Shown: positions 1 through 13,080, counted from the stretch's first letter. The stretch: DNA of 64,000 bases from Harriotta raleighana (GCA_050575255.1 JBNZDD010013683.1:1021282-1085281), one strand, 5' to 3'. Notes: generated from the letters alone by a model not told the origin. A program made the numbers and translations.

Positions 1-639
1 ATACCGAATTGTGGAAAATGTTTCAATTCTCTTGATTTGCAATTTGGCTCCTTTCAAAGGACTGCGGAAACCCAGCTTCTAAATCGAGTCTGAATTTCCA
101 CAATTCTGCACAGACTTATGATAAAGTGGCCTTGCAGACAAATGCTTGATGTAATTTCAGGCCTCAGATGAGTGTCACATGCACAATGGAATTATTCGTG
201 GAGCAAAGCTTTTTGTGTTTAAATTATCGCCAAAATTTCAGAAGCTGTTGAATGAATGAAAATCCTTCTAAAGCTGGACCATATATTGCCACATAATGAA
301 GCAACATTTTCTGCCTTGAAGCTTGATTGGTGAAGCCTTGCAAACCTGCATAATTCCTTCTGCTATCTTAGGTCAAAATGTGGTGGTTGGCAGACAATCA
401 AATAAAGACCTTGGATACAACAGTCTAAATGTTCTTGGGGGGTGGGGGGGGGGGGGGTTGGCGGAGGGTTGAAGACCAAGCATAAAAGTTGGACTGAGGT
501 TTGGGAAGTGTTGGAAAATCTCAATAGTTTCAAACTAAAATTTCCAGCTTTGAAATAAAATTCCAAGGATTTAAAATAAAACAAAGGTTAATTATCTTTT
601 ATAAAGAGGATCTCCAGAGCATTCCACCCCATTTTGAAG

Positions 640-980
640 TGGCTAGAGCACTCGCCAAGCATGCGAGTGCCTGGATTCGAATCCTATCAGGGCGAAATGT
701 TGGGCAAGTTTCCTTACTCCACAAGCCTTTGTTTACCTGGTAGTATGGAGGAACCTGGTGTTAGTCAATTGGTGGATTGCGTTTCTGAGGGGTAAAAATT
801 CCAAAGAAAAAAGAAATTGATCACGTTAATTCACGTCTGTTTGTGGGACATTCGGCTGCCGCATTTCTCCCACAAAATATAGTGGCTACGCTTTACAATA
901 TACACTGTGAAGTGCTTTGGGACATCTCGAAGATGTGATGAGGCGCAATATCAAATGCAAGGATGATAATTATTATTATT
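640..980 (+). mobile_element. tRNA-derived SINE (young family, long subtype), near full length
   Basis: tRNA-like head with B-box-like GGATTCGAATCC; body TTGGGCAAGTTTCCTTACTCCAC; tail GCAATATCAAATGCAAGG+(ATT)n shared with many copies in the window. Confidence 0.9.
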
Positions 981-2479
981 GAAAGTTTAACTTGACTGAA
1001 ACCAATGAAACTCTGCAGCCCCTGAATGGCTTTGGAACATACCCAGAGTGTGCCAAATGCTTGAGCAAATATTCCATTTCACAACACGATCAGCACTCCT
1101 GTTGTCTGACTGCACAGCCAAGTTGCCGCAGATGGTCTTGCAGTGGAAGTAAACTGAGCATTGAGCGATCTGGTTCTGAGCGAGTAGGCACATTGGAGTT
1201 TCCTGAAGTGAACTGAATGCGCACAGTTGCTTTTTTCAGCTGTCGGGGTTACTGTTGCATAAGCGGGGAATGTTTGTGTGTGCATATTAACAGTTCGATG
1301 GGACATGAAATCAATTGTAAGCACATTGTTGTGACATGGAATCATAATCGAGCAAACGAAGGCAAAAATCTGGTGCCTTTGTGATCAAAAGCTTGAAATT
1401 CAGAGGAGTTCAGACTGTGATAGCAGAGTAATCCTGCATTCAACAGGATTGAGTGCAGACATTGATATGTGTATCACAAATATATGATATAGCACTAGCA
1501 ACTGCCTATTCTCTGTTGCAGCTCTACCCATTATACCACTTACATACCTGATGTACAGCCAGCAGGTGCCAATGAACCCTGAAGCGTTTTTACCCCCAAT
1601 CTAATGGATAGTCAGCAATGGTCATCTCATGTCTGACTTGCAAATTTTTCCATTCAGTGCTTTCTTTTCTTGGGTAACGCATTTTGCACCATTTCGAGCC
1701 TCTGTCAACTCTTGCATGGTATCAATGTTGATTCATACAAGAAAGTTTCCACAGATACCAATGAATTTGACTGATGGATTTGGGAGAACCGCAAACTAAC
1801 AGTCACTAGGTGTTTCTCTTAACTGCACGTGTCTCAGGCATTAACAAGCCAAAAGTATTTCTAAGTTATCTGAGAGCGATGCTTAGCATTTCCATCAACA
1901 CACATCTTAAGGAATAACACTGAATGCAATGCACCACAGGGGAGCAAGCAGGAAAGTAGAAGGAAAAAAGATTTAAATGAGAAAAGTAGCATTGTTCAAG
2001 GTGTAATAGATTTATCCCAATGTCCTTGCTGATATGCCTCACTTATTACCGATAGCCAAGTGATTAAAAAAATCTCCTCAGCAGGTACTATGCAAATGTC
2101 AGCATGAAAGATGTCATAGAACACTGTGCGAATCTTTAATCTTCACAGGATACAATCATTCGTACAACAAGTGATGAAGTTTTCCAAACAAGATCTTTTC
2201 CTATCAACGCGACATGAGCATGCAATCCTCTGCAAGCACTCTCTTGCCATCCGCATAATTAAAGAGTCCAGAAAATTAGCTAGTTCCAAAGGACGTCAAC
2301 AAAATCTGATTAGGAGACAAGAGGTAAAATATCTCATCTCCCAACGGAGAATGACTGGCCCATAAACCAAAATCTGATCAATTCCTGAAATATGTGAGAC
2401 ATCGATGGGCACAAATTGGGTGCCACATTTGCTCACAAAATGCACAGTCACTAAAGATGTCCCTCTTGCTACATCTGAT

Positions 2480-2600
2480 TTTTGCCCTTCCTAACCTATA
2501 CTGAATGCTGCTGAAACCAAATTGGAGCCCCTCAAAGGTTCTTCCAGGCAAGATTGTTCAACCCCACCATTTTCTAGTAAGCACTATTTTGTTCTCCATA
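2480..2600 (-). mobile_element. old CR1 LINE ORF2 3' fragment
   Basis: degenerate reverse complement of the CR1 WNxLP region (cttccaggcaag...ttcaacc); boundaries approximate. Confidence 0.4.
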
Positions 2601-2699
2601 GATCTCTGCTATTAGCCTATCAGAGGAACAATTGCCAGCACACGCAGGGGAACTGACACAGTTGACTGAGAGAAGTTATTGACTGAGGTGAAGAGTTCG

Positions 2700-2890
2700 A
2701 ATATTAATGAATAGAAGTTCAATATCAAAAAGATTGGAGCAAGTCAAGCAGAACATTTTTACTGAAAAGAAAATAGATCAGTGGAATATGTTACCAGGCA
2801 AGGTCATCGACAATATAAATGAGTTGAAGAGATGATCAAATGCATTTCTGGGGAGAGAAGAGGTTTTAAAATGCTGAACCAAAGTGGATT
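2700..2890 (+). mobile_element. old CR1 LINE ORF2 3' fragment
   Basis: tttttactgaaaagaaaatagatcagtggaatatgttaccaggcaaggtc encodes FTEKKIDQWNMLPGKV, resembling CR1 FFTQRVVxxWNxLP. Confidence 0.6.
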
Positions 2891-3342
2891 GGGTTTATTA
2901 ATCTTTTTTTGTGTTTTTTAAATTCAACCAAGTTCATGATATTCACCAAATAAATGAATATCAACATCTAGCCAACATCTAGCTCATTTGCCTGACAGCC
3001 CGCCTTTCTACACATTTTAGTCCTCCACACCCACCTCATTCCTTTGTCCTTTGCCTGCTCCCAGTTGAATTAGAAACATAAGTAACTCTGTCTAAGTCAA
3101 TCTGTTCAACCTCCTCTCCTTAAAATGGGCGATTATCGTCTGGCAAGGTCTTTCCCAGTTTTATACTCAGAGGAGGCGGAATGGCATCAACAACCTATAT
3201 CTTTAGCCAAAAGTAATATTCACACCGCACTGTAACACTTTAAGCTGCAGCGGAACAGAGTCTGTTACAGTGCATATATACACACAGTGTCCAGCACAGT
3301 GGATTCCCATGGAGTTTTCACAGTGGACAATCCTGGTTGTTT

Positions 3343-3402
3343 CAGTGCCTTGGGATGTCCTCCCAACATGAAAGCTACTCTTTCTATATTGTTGTTGTTG
3401 TT
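3343..3402 (+). mobile_element. L2 3'-tail-only fragment
   Basis: gccttgggatgtcctcccaacatgaaag...(TTG)n matches the L2 tail at 40777-40835. Confidence 0.7.
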
Positions 3403-4443
3403 TTAGAGATTTAATTTATTTAACCAATACCTGCCCTCAAGGAAAAATATTGAGGAAATGCTCTTTTAATAAGGTGCCCATCAACTTGGTTCCATCCTGA
3501 GTATCGCATTACTTTGTCATTGAAGGCATCCGCAGTGGGCAATATCTTTGGCGCTTCAAGTCAGGTGTTCTGCTCTTAAGGACATTCATTCACCCGGCAC
3601 ATTTAAGAAGGTACAAGCTTACAAAATACGGTACAGTCATTACATCTTACAGTACATCCCGTGAAGTGTTTGGAGATACAATCCCGACACAGCTACTCTT
3701 TGCTCGCATTCACCTTGTGCCACATGGCATAGCATTGCTCATCACAACCAACATGGAACCAACCGCACATTACTGAATTAAATCTTTTTTTTAAATGGCT
3801 GAGGTTTGAAGATTGTGCTGGTTATTAATCAAGCTGTTGTATGTTATTCAAATACATACAGCTGTTAGTGGAGACAATATTGTCAAGAAATTCCAAGACA
3901 TAAAAGGAATCTTAGAGAGAGATGATCACCATGTAACCTCGGAAGGTTCTGCACATTCTGTAATCTTGGTCAGCTATCTTCACAAATAACCAATTTGAAT
4001 TCAGAACCAATGGGACAGTTTCCTATTGATACACATGACTTTTTAGGAAAAAAAACAGCATGCAGTTTAGTTGAACATTCACTTCCTCCCTCACTCACCC
4101 TGCAATTCAATGAAAACAAGATACTGTACCTAAAAATGTATGTTTTGCAAAAAGAGATCAAAGATTAAATGTGTCCTGGTTAAATATGTGTCTACGTTTT
4201 TAGAAATCAATTTTTTCTTGGTTAGCTTTGAATATGACACACAAAGAAAACCATCATCAAGCTTGGGAGTATTCAAACTAAGTGGATTTGATCATCAAGA
4301 CTTAATCATCACTTTGTGAACGAGCTCCTCTTACATGAAAAAGGTTTTCTCCATGGGTCTGAGTAAATGTTCCACTTAATGTTGCACTGAGTCTAAGGAA
4401 CACAGGCAAGTTAAATGTTGAACTTGCTTTCTACTGAGGTAGA

Positions 4444-4782
4444 CAGAAAGAAAGAATTTCAAGATTTATGACGCTTTACCATGTCAAAGGTTCTCAAAGC
4501 ACTTTTCAAATAAGTGATGTCAAGGCGTAATGTTTTTTTTCCTCCCTCCCACGGCATATACAACAGTCATTTACGTTAATAAAGACCTAGAAACAACCAT
4601 GAAGGGAGAGTGCAGAAAATATCAGAAGAATGTCCACTTGGCTTTCAAACTAGTGTCCACCCGTTCTGAGGGGCCTAGTTTATTCATCTATCCACAACAA
4701 TGCCATTCACTGGAATGTCAGCAGAGACTTTGACTTTAAGTCCTGACTGATCCAGAGGCACAGTGCTGCCAACTGAGCTGAA
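4444..4782 (-). mobile_element. old Deu-type SINE, degenerate
   Basis: tail reverse complement at 4444-4510; tRNA head reverse complement (cagtgctgccaactgagctg) at ~4760-4780. Confidence 0.55.
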
Positions 4783-5164
4783 CTTAGCCAAGCAGGAGTG
4801 CTGGCAAGGTCACATGTTTCTCCCACGGCTGCTCAGTGACATGTTGCTAGGAGATGTTCAACTGTGACGCAGAAAAACTCTCCTATTTACTGGTGGTCTC
4901 CCCATCCTGGTGGTTGAACCAACTGTGTTTGAAGGGATACATTCTCACGCTCTTGATCTGGGGAATCTGGAGAGAGAGACCAACCAAACAACCACCTGAC
5001 CCATCAAGAGATTCTTGTCTTGTGTCATGGAGGTGAGAGAACAGCAAAAGTCACAGACTGCACCACTTTTCGTCCTACACAACCTCTGTTTTACACAGTG
5101 CTTCTTTGAAGTGATGTTTGGGTCTGACTGAAAGCCTCAGCCACACAACATTGGTTTATTCTCT

Positions 5165-5222
5165 CAAAGAGCCATTGCAGACATGATAGGCCGAATGGCC
5201 TCCTTCGTTATAGATTTTATAG
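5165..5222 (+). mobile_element. CR1 3' UTR remnant
   Basis: tcaaagagcc...ggccgaatggcctcctt matches the CR1 3' UTR at 25820-25865. Confidence 0.7.
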
Positions 5223-5616
5223 TTAAAGCGGGCAACCAAAAGAAGACTCAGATCAAGTGAACTGAAATGAATACATTTGACCCTGTGTGCTGTGTGCGCA
5301 GTTTGTGTGCCATTTATCAAGGGGGATGAACGCAACTGGAAATTGCGGACTAATTTGAGCCTTATTTCTTAACTGAATTCCTTTGCTCTGCAACTCTGCA
5401 ATGGAAGTCGAGTGCATCAGAGTTCCTGCTGGGCGATGTGACCAACGTGGCATGGCTCGAAGGAGTCCATCCCCGTTTGTGCTATTCGGATTCTTTCCCA
5501 AAGAATTTATCATTTGAAATGTATTGATATATAAATCCCATCATTGTACACTTGTCTCTTTGGTTTTAGATGCGTGATGAATGTCAATTTTGCACCCTGC
5601 TGCTGTATCAGAATAT

Positions 5617-5947
5617 CCAAGCCCCACAGGGGACTCTGTGCTCATAGTCTAGGCCGACACCTCACTGCAGTGCTGGGATGAGACGTTAAACCATCCGCTT
5701 GTTGACAAGGATGCAAAAGCTCCCATGGCGCTCTTCGAAACAAGATGAGATTTCACCTGGTGTCCCGGCTGACAACCCACCAAATGACATTGGTCATTCA
5801 CTTCATGGCTGTATGTAGGACATACAAATTGGCTGCTGCCTTCACCCACAAAAAAACACACGGTCCTTACACTTGAAAGTAAGTCCTGTGAAGCATTTTG
5901 AGAAATCTCCATGTTGTGAGAAGGCACTATATAAAATGCAAGGGTTA
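5617..5947 (+). mobile_element. Deu-domain SINE (SacSINE1/AmnSINE1-like)
   Basis: GGATGAGACGTTAAACC...GGATGCAAAAGCTCCCATGGCGCT...CCTGGTGTCCCGGC matches the Deu domain as recalled; L2-type tail. Confidence 0.75.
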
Positions 5948-6621
5948 CAATATTCTGAACACATCATTCCTTGTTTAAATTCCGTGTTGGCCAGCATGGT
6001 TCTGAGCTTGCATCCAAGCCACCGCTGTGCTGCAGCTCAGTGCAAAAAAAAATAAAGCATTTTCACAAGCTGTGAGCGTGGTTTGTCATGTTCCAGGCCC
6101 ACAAGGGAGAAATATTCTCAGTGAAATGGGTCTTTCTCCTCTCCATCGAATAAGGATTTATACAATTCAAAATTTATTTTCAGAAGCAATGTGTACTTTT
6201 ATCATAATGTTCTGAATGTGTTGCAAAGAATATTAGGGAGCACATACGTCTGCATCATCTCAAGAAGGAAAATCAAAACACGAGTGAGATACAAATTGCA
6301 AATATCTACAGTTCCAGGCTTTTACCAACGCCAGTAAAATGGCACAAGTTTCCACATGCCAACAATAATGTAAATGTGTTTGGCAATATCCACATCCAGC
6401 ATTTGCTGCAAATGGCATTCCACACAAGAGCAAACATTCCTGGCAGCTCCTCGGGATGCATGTTGGTCCCATCAAACTTGAAAAGGGTTTTCATAAATTA
6501 ATGTAGGGTTTTCTTCAGGTTCTTGAGCTTGTACAATGACAGTGGCTACAAATCCTAAATTGCATTTAACCATGTCATTTGAACGTGTGTTGTTTGCAGT
6601 TACATGTGCTGTTCCTATGTA

Positions 6622-6925
6622 ACCCTTCCATTTGAGTGCCATTCACGTCAGGACGATGTCTCAAAAACACTTCACGGAATTGACTGTAAAGTGCAGTAAC
6701 TTCATTATGCAAGCATGTGTAGCAGCCTATGGGTGGGCAACAATGAATAGTGCTGTGAGACCTTTAGCTCCCACTTGAATAAGCAGATAAGACCTTGGCT
6801 TATTGGTTTAATATCTCATCAGAAAAATGGCATATCTGACTATGTAGTTCTCCCAACCACTTACAATGGAGTGTCAGCATAAATATACCCATTCAAAATT
6901 CCAATATGGTGCTAACTGAATCATA
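6622..6925 (-). mobile_element. old Deu-domain SINE
   Basis: ggtttaatatctcatcagaaaaatggca is the reverse complement of the Deu core; tail at 6622-6680. Confidence 0.6.
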
Positions 6926-7289
6926 TTTCACTGAAATATGAACCAACTCATAGGAATTGCTGAGATTTCCTCAGCATCTCCCATTGGTATCAACACAATC
7001 ACAATCCATGGCACCGATTTTCACACTAAATCTACCTGCTAGATGGAAATGCTCTACATCTTGACAGATATGATACAGTTCTATTCAGAGATACATTTGA
7101 GATTCAAGTTTGAAAATAGCACCAGCTGAACCCTGTTACAGTCGCCCTATTGTAAATACAAATTACATCCCTGAGAAAGTCAGCAAACACAGAGTTAACG
7201 ATATTACTTCAGTGGGGGGAAAAAAAAAGGGTTATGAAATTCCAGAGTTCAAACAGAATCTATCATATCAGCTCCTGCAGACTGTGGAT

Positions 7290-7800
7290 AAGTTCATTGC
7301 AGACCTGGTGTGTTAATATAGTTTGCCTGAGGAAGAATTAGATATGCTAACCTAATTACACTGACTGCTCCAGCACAGCAAAGTCACAATAAAGCACAAA
7401 GGGATAAGTAACCTAGTGTATTTGCATTGATTATTCTTTGTATAATTTATTAAAAAAACTCTCCAAGGCACAAATCACACCAGGATAAATATACAGTTCC
7501 CCATGGCATAGGATGATTTAGGGCAATTGATATTTAATAGCTCGTTGGTAGGCTTTCTATTAAAAAGAATCAAAATAAAACACTTTGCTGAAATTCAATT
7601 ACAGATTTGATAAAGAAGGACTTGTTTGTCTTGATCAGGCATTTAAAGCTCAAATAGCGGGTATCTGTTACCTAATGCTTTCACTGCACCGACTTTACTC
7701 TGTTTATCACAGAGCAACTCCCATTTCGCTGCAGCTGCATTGATTTTTTTCATAAACCTGTAGATCTTCGTTGTGATTTGATCTGACTTTTAATAAAAAT
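7290..7800. promoter_or_regulatory. candidate conserved non-coding element(s)
   Basis: repeat-free and AT-rich with clustered TAAT/ATTA, TGATT and TTTAT motifs; compositional impression only. Confidence 0.25.
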
Positions 7801-8059
7801 CAGACCCTCGTTTTCGCACAATAGATGAATGCGCCTTGCAAATTATTCATGTGGGGGATATTGTGCTTCACGGCTGTTTGCAGTCTGATCACGTCATCGA
7901 GGCGTCTCAAATCGCTTCGCTGGAATTACTGAAAGGCACAACGACAGTGTATTCATAGGCAAACAAGAGCCAGGTTTGTGCCTCGGCCAGGTCCCACAAT
8001 CAGCCATGAAACGAATGACCAGGTTTATCTGTGGAATTGTTGACCAGGATTTACAAAGC

Positions 8060-8265
8060 TCCTACACCCACAAAATATACAGTATCTACACTTTACAGTA
8101 TATTGTGTGAAGAACTTTGAGATATCTCGAAGACGTGATAAGGCGCAATATCAAATGCAAGTATTATTATTATTATTATACTTTACAGTAAATTCTGTAA
8201 AGCACTTTGGGAATATCCTCCTGACATGAAAGGCACTACATCAAATGCAAGGGTTATTATTATTG
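8060..8265 (+). mobile_element. two tandem SINE/L2 3' tails
   Basis: two successive ...atcaaatgcaag+(ATT)n ends (8060-8180 and 8182-8265). Confidence 0.8.
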
Positions 8266-8424
8266 TTAGTAATATCGTAGTATTATAATAATGCCACACT
8301 GAGGCAATGTGGAAATTTAGAATGATAGATCCATGCATATTGCAGACCAGACAAGCTGTATTACAAAACCACTCGACCACCAGTGGTTTCGAGATGTTTA
8401 GCAAGATGCCTGATTATAAATTTC

Positions 8425-8426
<2 letters not shown>

Positions 8427-8456
<30 letters not shown>
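8427..8456. repeat. (AC)n microsatellite
   Basis: seen directly. Confidence 0.95.
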
Positions 8457-8460
<4 letters not shown>

Positions 8461-9239
8461 TTGACAAATTCTTTGAGCCATTTTGTCATTATATCAATAG
8501 AAAGATTGGAAACCATGGAAATTATAGTTTCAGTAGCTTCCAATCGCACAACACATATGGATGGACAACACACATGAAGAACAAAGAGATCATTTGGAGT
8601 AATGGGTCTGCGGAGAGAAATTGGGTGTCGAGCAAGTTGCCCGAGATTCTGTGATTGGTTTTAAAGCAGAGCCTCCAGAATAATGCAAGTTGTTACACGA
8701 TCACTAAAAGTTACCTAAAATCACTGTGTAAGTCGATCTTCAGAACAGTCTCACAGTAAAATTTGGAAAGTGAATGATGGACAGCACCATCAGCAGTAAC
8801 GCAGGCACTTTTACTTCATTACAAACCACTGATGGTTTCTCATCAGTGTCGTTCTCTACCACTGTGCAGACCAGCTCTCCAGCACTGCACTAACTCTGCA
8901 CAGCTAACCAGATAGGATATAAATCGTTTATCCACATCTTCACACCTCACTCAGAGCTTAATTTATCAATGTCATTCAGCCTTCCATTGTCTAATAATAG
9001 ACAGGTCACCGGGGAAAAAAAAACATAATAATCCCCGACCTTGATATAGCACCTACAACAAATGCCTCAAAGCTTTTTCCACAGGTAATTCATTGTCAAT
9101 TGTAAGGACTTTGCACTTGTATATAAAAAAAACTTGGGCTTGTGTTGGATTGCCTGCCAGTAACAGCACATATCTAGTCCTTGTCCTTTCACAGCCCTCC
9201 TCCAGGTTTAGGAATTTCTGTCGACATCGATGGGATGTG

Positions 9240-9329
9240 TCAATTCACCAGAGGCCTGCTACTGTCTTTGCAAAGATTGCTCGGAAGTGCCAACTTCCTG
9301 ACTGTCTTGTCCTTTTCACTTTCCGTTTG
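9240..9329 (-). CDS. candidate last coding exon of an unidentified gene (QTESEKDKTVRKLALPSNLCKDSSRPLVN*)
   Basis: acceptor ttgtgttgctcttttggagactcgtctttag; phase-0 open purine-rich frame to TGA at 9242-9240; alternative weak donor CTG|gtgaat at 9249. Confidence 0.4.
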   Translation of the reverse strand, partial: QTESEKDKTVRKLALPSNLCKDSSRPLVN

Positions 9330-9521
9330 CTAAAGACGAGTCTCCAAAAGAGCAACACAATTCAGGGACAAGTAGCTTGAGTTTGAACAGATCCAGCGGC
9401 GCCTTGGTTTGCACCACTGCAGGAGAAATGGTTGTGCAGAATTGCACACACACTGAATTAAATGTCTGTGCTCACACATGGGGCCACGACATCTTGGGCT
9501 AAGTCCCCCAAGTGCACTGAC

Positions 9522-9556
9522 CCAGAGTGACGACGAGCTTTGCGGACGAGAGTTAA
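9522..9556 (-). CDS. candidate 35-nt exon (VNSRPQSSSSLW)
   Basis: strong acceptor ctcgttttctccctttag; donor TGG|gtcagt; locally CpG-rich; phase 1 to 0 links the neighbouring candidates. Confidence 0.42.
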
Positions 9557-9749
9557 CTAAAGGGAGAAAACGAGTCTAAGAAACACAACAATGAGAAGGG
9601 CTATGAAGTTTCCAGGATGGACACTTCTGTAGTATCATTAAAACATACAACTTTACAGCACACAACGACTACATATGGAAATCATGGTTAAACCACGATG
9701 TTGTGTTATCAAGTCCATAAAAAGTTTGAAGTAAATGTGCATCACTTAC

Positions 9750-9785
9750 CAGGTTCACCTCTGGAGACTGTAGAATCGGGGTCAA
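9750..9785 (-). CDS. candidate 36-nt exon (VDPDSTVSRGEP in phase 1; LTPILQSPEVNL in phase 0)
   Basis: about 43-nt AG-free pyrimidine tract ending tttctcttttctcatcag; consensus donor CTG|gtaagt; length is a multiple of 3. Confidence 0.6.
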
Positions 9786-10119
9786 CTGATGAGAAAAGAG
9801 AAACACCAAAATCAAGAAAGAATAAAATACTGTTCAGTTACCCAGCTGCACTCCTCATTCCTGCTGCTGTGAAAACCATTCTCCTCCAGTCCGCCTTATG
9901 GTATGACAAAACACTTCCAACACTTGTGTTCACACGATCCCTTTCTCCCAACACCTGTGACTTGGTAGCTGACCAAAACAGGGCAGCATCTCATCTGGTC
10001 AAAGATAATCACAGCTTTGTGAAGAACAGCATGTTCCACCCACTAGATTTCAGCAGCAAAAATCAGGACTAATCTGAAACGCAGAGTTGGTGATATGCAG
10101 GATTGTCAGCAGTGGCGTC

Positions 10120-10305
10120 CTTCAGGATCCTGGCCAATAATCCCCCAGATAAAATTGCTTATTCACTTCATGACTATTTGTGGGATATTGTTGTGCGCAG
10201 ATTGGCTGTCGAGTCTCCTACAAAATAGTCACAAGCTTTTACAGTACGGCTTGTGAAGTGCTTTGACACATCCTTCTGACATGAAAGGAGCCATAACAAG
10301 TGCAT
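10120..10305 (+). mobile_element. Deu-type SINE, 3' half
   Basis: ttgtgggatattgttgtgcgcagattggctg...tgtgaagtgctttgacacatcc. Confidence 0.65.
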
Positions 10306-11451
10306 TCATATTATACACAAGGATAGCCAATGAACTGTTCATTTGCAGTTATCTGAGTCTCTAATTTTGCTCAGAATACTGGAGACCTGGAAACAAAAAG
10401 AGCTCTGACAGTCTGCTCAAATGTTACTGTGATCTCAGCCTGATCTTTGACATCTGTGGATGTGCTCCCAGGTCTTATAAACCTTAAGGTTGGACTCAGC
10501 TATCCTCTGTATTACTATGTTAAACAACCTGTACACGGCTTTAGGTTTGTCTGACAGAACAGGCTTGTTAACATGAAACCAATGCCACAACTACCAGTCA
10601 ACAGCAATATAACATGAGGTGGCCCAAAGGAAACAAGAGAATTGACACACAACTCACTTCTCATTTAGTCGCCGCAGCCGGATTAAAATACTTCATCTTC
10701 CGTGTTGGTGAAATATATTGTTTACTACAATCTATAGCCTCCAGTAAAGGGGCCAGGCTGAAATTTCACACAGCAGTAGATTACAGGGATCTACAATCAA
10801 GATGCAGGGTGTCAGGATTTGGCCTCAGAGGTGGACTGGTTTATGGATCCAAACCATCCAGTTGTAACTAGTTAATTATACTAATCAACAACACTTGATG
10901 TCTAGTGACATTAACTCAATTGTTATTAGCTGTGAGTCGATAGTGTACAGCACCCCTTGAACTGTCACTTGCAATCTCACTCATCGTCCATAGGACAACT
11001 CATGTGGGAATCAAGGATGAAGGGAATTTTGAATGTGGCCAAAATTCATCTTAACTCAATTGTATTGAATCGCTCCCTTCTCAGAGGTAATAATTATTAA
11101 AAAAAGGATTAACAAAAAACTAAGGAAAAGCTTGAGCCACAAGAGCACTGAGCAGTCACAATTATAACATTCTGTCATAGAATAATAGTTTTCAAATGAT
11201 TTAAGATAATTATATGAGCTTTATTCACGACAGAATTGTATGGCAATGGATATCTTGGGTCTGTAACTATACTCCAAGGTTTTACACTGAATTTTAGCTC
11301 ATGAATTATTAAAGTGAATCAGTTTTTATTTATTTATGAGTAAAAGTTGAATGAAATGCTGCATTCTGCAAAGCAAACAGCACGATTATGTTACATGCAA
11401 AAAACACTGTAAGCAGAAGCAGCAACGGCACTTCTATTCCTCTACTTGTAG

Positions 11452-11512
11452 AACAACAACAACAAAATTACACTTGTATAGGATCTTTCACGTCAGGAGG
11501 ATGTCCCAAGAC
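11452..11512 (-). mobile_element. L2 3'-tail-only fragment
   Basis: (CAA)n aaattacacttgtata...tttcacgtcaggaggatgtcccaag. Confidence 0.75.
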
Positions 11513-11688
11513 TCTAAAGATATATCACTACAAACCATTTCAATCCACAAAATTGAACCAAGCAAATCGTTTTATTAGTAACTAAACAGCTGAAACCTAG
11601 CTTTTGAATTGATCAATTCCACTGTTATGTCCTCATATTTTTACAGTGTCCTCTTGGGTAAAATCTTTTCCACAGTTGCCAACAATGA

Positions 11689-11880
11689 ATAATAATAATA
11701 ATAATAATAATCCGTACATTTGCTATAAGGCTGTTTCATGTCTTCAAGATGTCTCAAAGCATTCCACACAATATACTGTAAAGTGAATTGACTCTATACT
11801 TTGTGGGTGAAGCGTGGCAACAAATTGCGCACAGCACTGTCTCACAAACATTTGTCAGTTGAAGTGACAAATTTATTTTG
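11689..11880 (-). mobile_element. young SINE, 3' half
   Basis: (AAT)n tail followed by the family body. Confidence 0.85.
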
Positions 11881-12623
11881 TTTCAAGAATTTTTTTGGGA
11901 AGGAATCTCTGTAATACCTGACCAAAAGCAAATGTCTGTGCAGTGTAAACATCGTACTGGATGTTTCCATTCACTGATGTGATTATTTCTTCCACTTTGC
12001 TGCTAAGAGTGTAAGCATGTAAGCAAACAGAAAAGGGAAAGATACGCTGGAATGTCAGTCAAGCGGGAATCAGAACTTGTGTGTTCACCATTTAAAATGA
12101 TGATTGTCCTGAAATCTTTGAGCTAAATGCTAATTGCAATGTTCCATCCCTAATGTTGGGTGTCTTGGATAGGGTTGGTTCCACCACGAATAGACAGTGA
12201 CCAGATAGGGTTTATGAAGGACAGGCAGATCAGTCTTGGAAAATGTTCTCCCCCTCTGAGTATTTTCCCCATGAGCACAGCATGTTGTGGGAATGCTTGA
12301 AGTTGTTCATTGATAAATAGAATAAGAGAGATTGAATAAAATGAAACAATGAATGAAACTCACTGTCAATTAGATCAGTGGAAAAAATTACATGGGCAAA
12401 AAGTGAAAATGAAACAGACCATTAATTTTTGCTTGCACAATACTCTGGGAATATGTTTAGGAAACATGAACTCATTTTCATGAGCGCCACTAATTCAATT
12501 GCCTATGAATTTTGTTCAATGCCAATTGTTCCACCTTGTTGGTGATTAAGAAAGCCCTTAATGGGATTGTGTAGTTCATATGCAAGAAAGATTTGGTTTC
12601 AGACCTGACTAGCAAAAGAAACG

Positions 12624-12647
12624 TCTCTCTCTCTCTCTCTCTCTCTC
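12624..12647. repeat. (CT)n microsatellite
   Basis: seen directly. Confidence 0.95.
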
Positions 12648-12849
12648 AATTTCGATGGATACAGATATGTTGCAAGTTCCCAAGAGAATAATGTACTTGG
12701 CTACTCTTGTGGTCTGTAACCTTCAGCAAGGAATGGACACCAATGTAAGCTAGCAACTGATTGACATTTGGAAGGACTTAGATCAGTGGAAAATCCTGTA
12801 GTTTTTCCTCCGGGGAAAAGTGAGTGCTCTTAAAATGGATGCTTTGCCC

Positions 12850-13080
12850 AGGTTAAGCTGGTGCTCTTCAGATTTGAAACACGATGCCTCACAAGGGATC
12901 TAAGAGAGGAATATAAAATTGAAAATGGGATAGAGAAAGTAAACCCAGAACAACACTGTCAGACACGCCAACGCAGCCAGACAAGAGGGTTCAAGGTTGT
13001 GAGAGGCAATTTTAGGACAGGCCCCAGAACGAGTTTCTTTGGCACAAAAGGATAAAGAACAATTGGACTAGGTTACCTAG
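12850..13080 (+). mobile_element. old CR1 ORF2 C-terminal fragment
   Basis: LFRFETRCLTRDLREEYKIENGIEKV resembles CR1 LFSLEKRRLRGDLIEVYKIMxGIEKV. Confidence 0.8.

Noticed and set aside
6-106. 12-bp inverted repeat gaattgtggaaa / tttccacaattc
   Set aside because: Short and at the window edge; cannot be told apart from chance or a decayed MITE.
4099-4129. Possible 31-nt minus-strand exon with donor AGG|gtgagt
   Set aside because: The exon body looks like intronic pyrimidine tract, and it lies beyond the stop of the candidate gene model.
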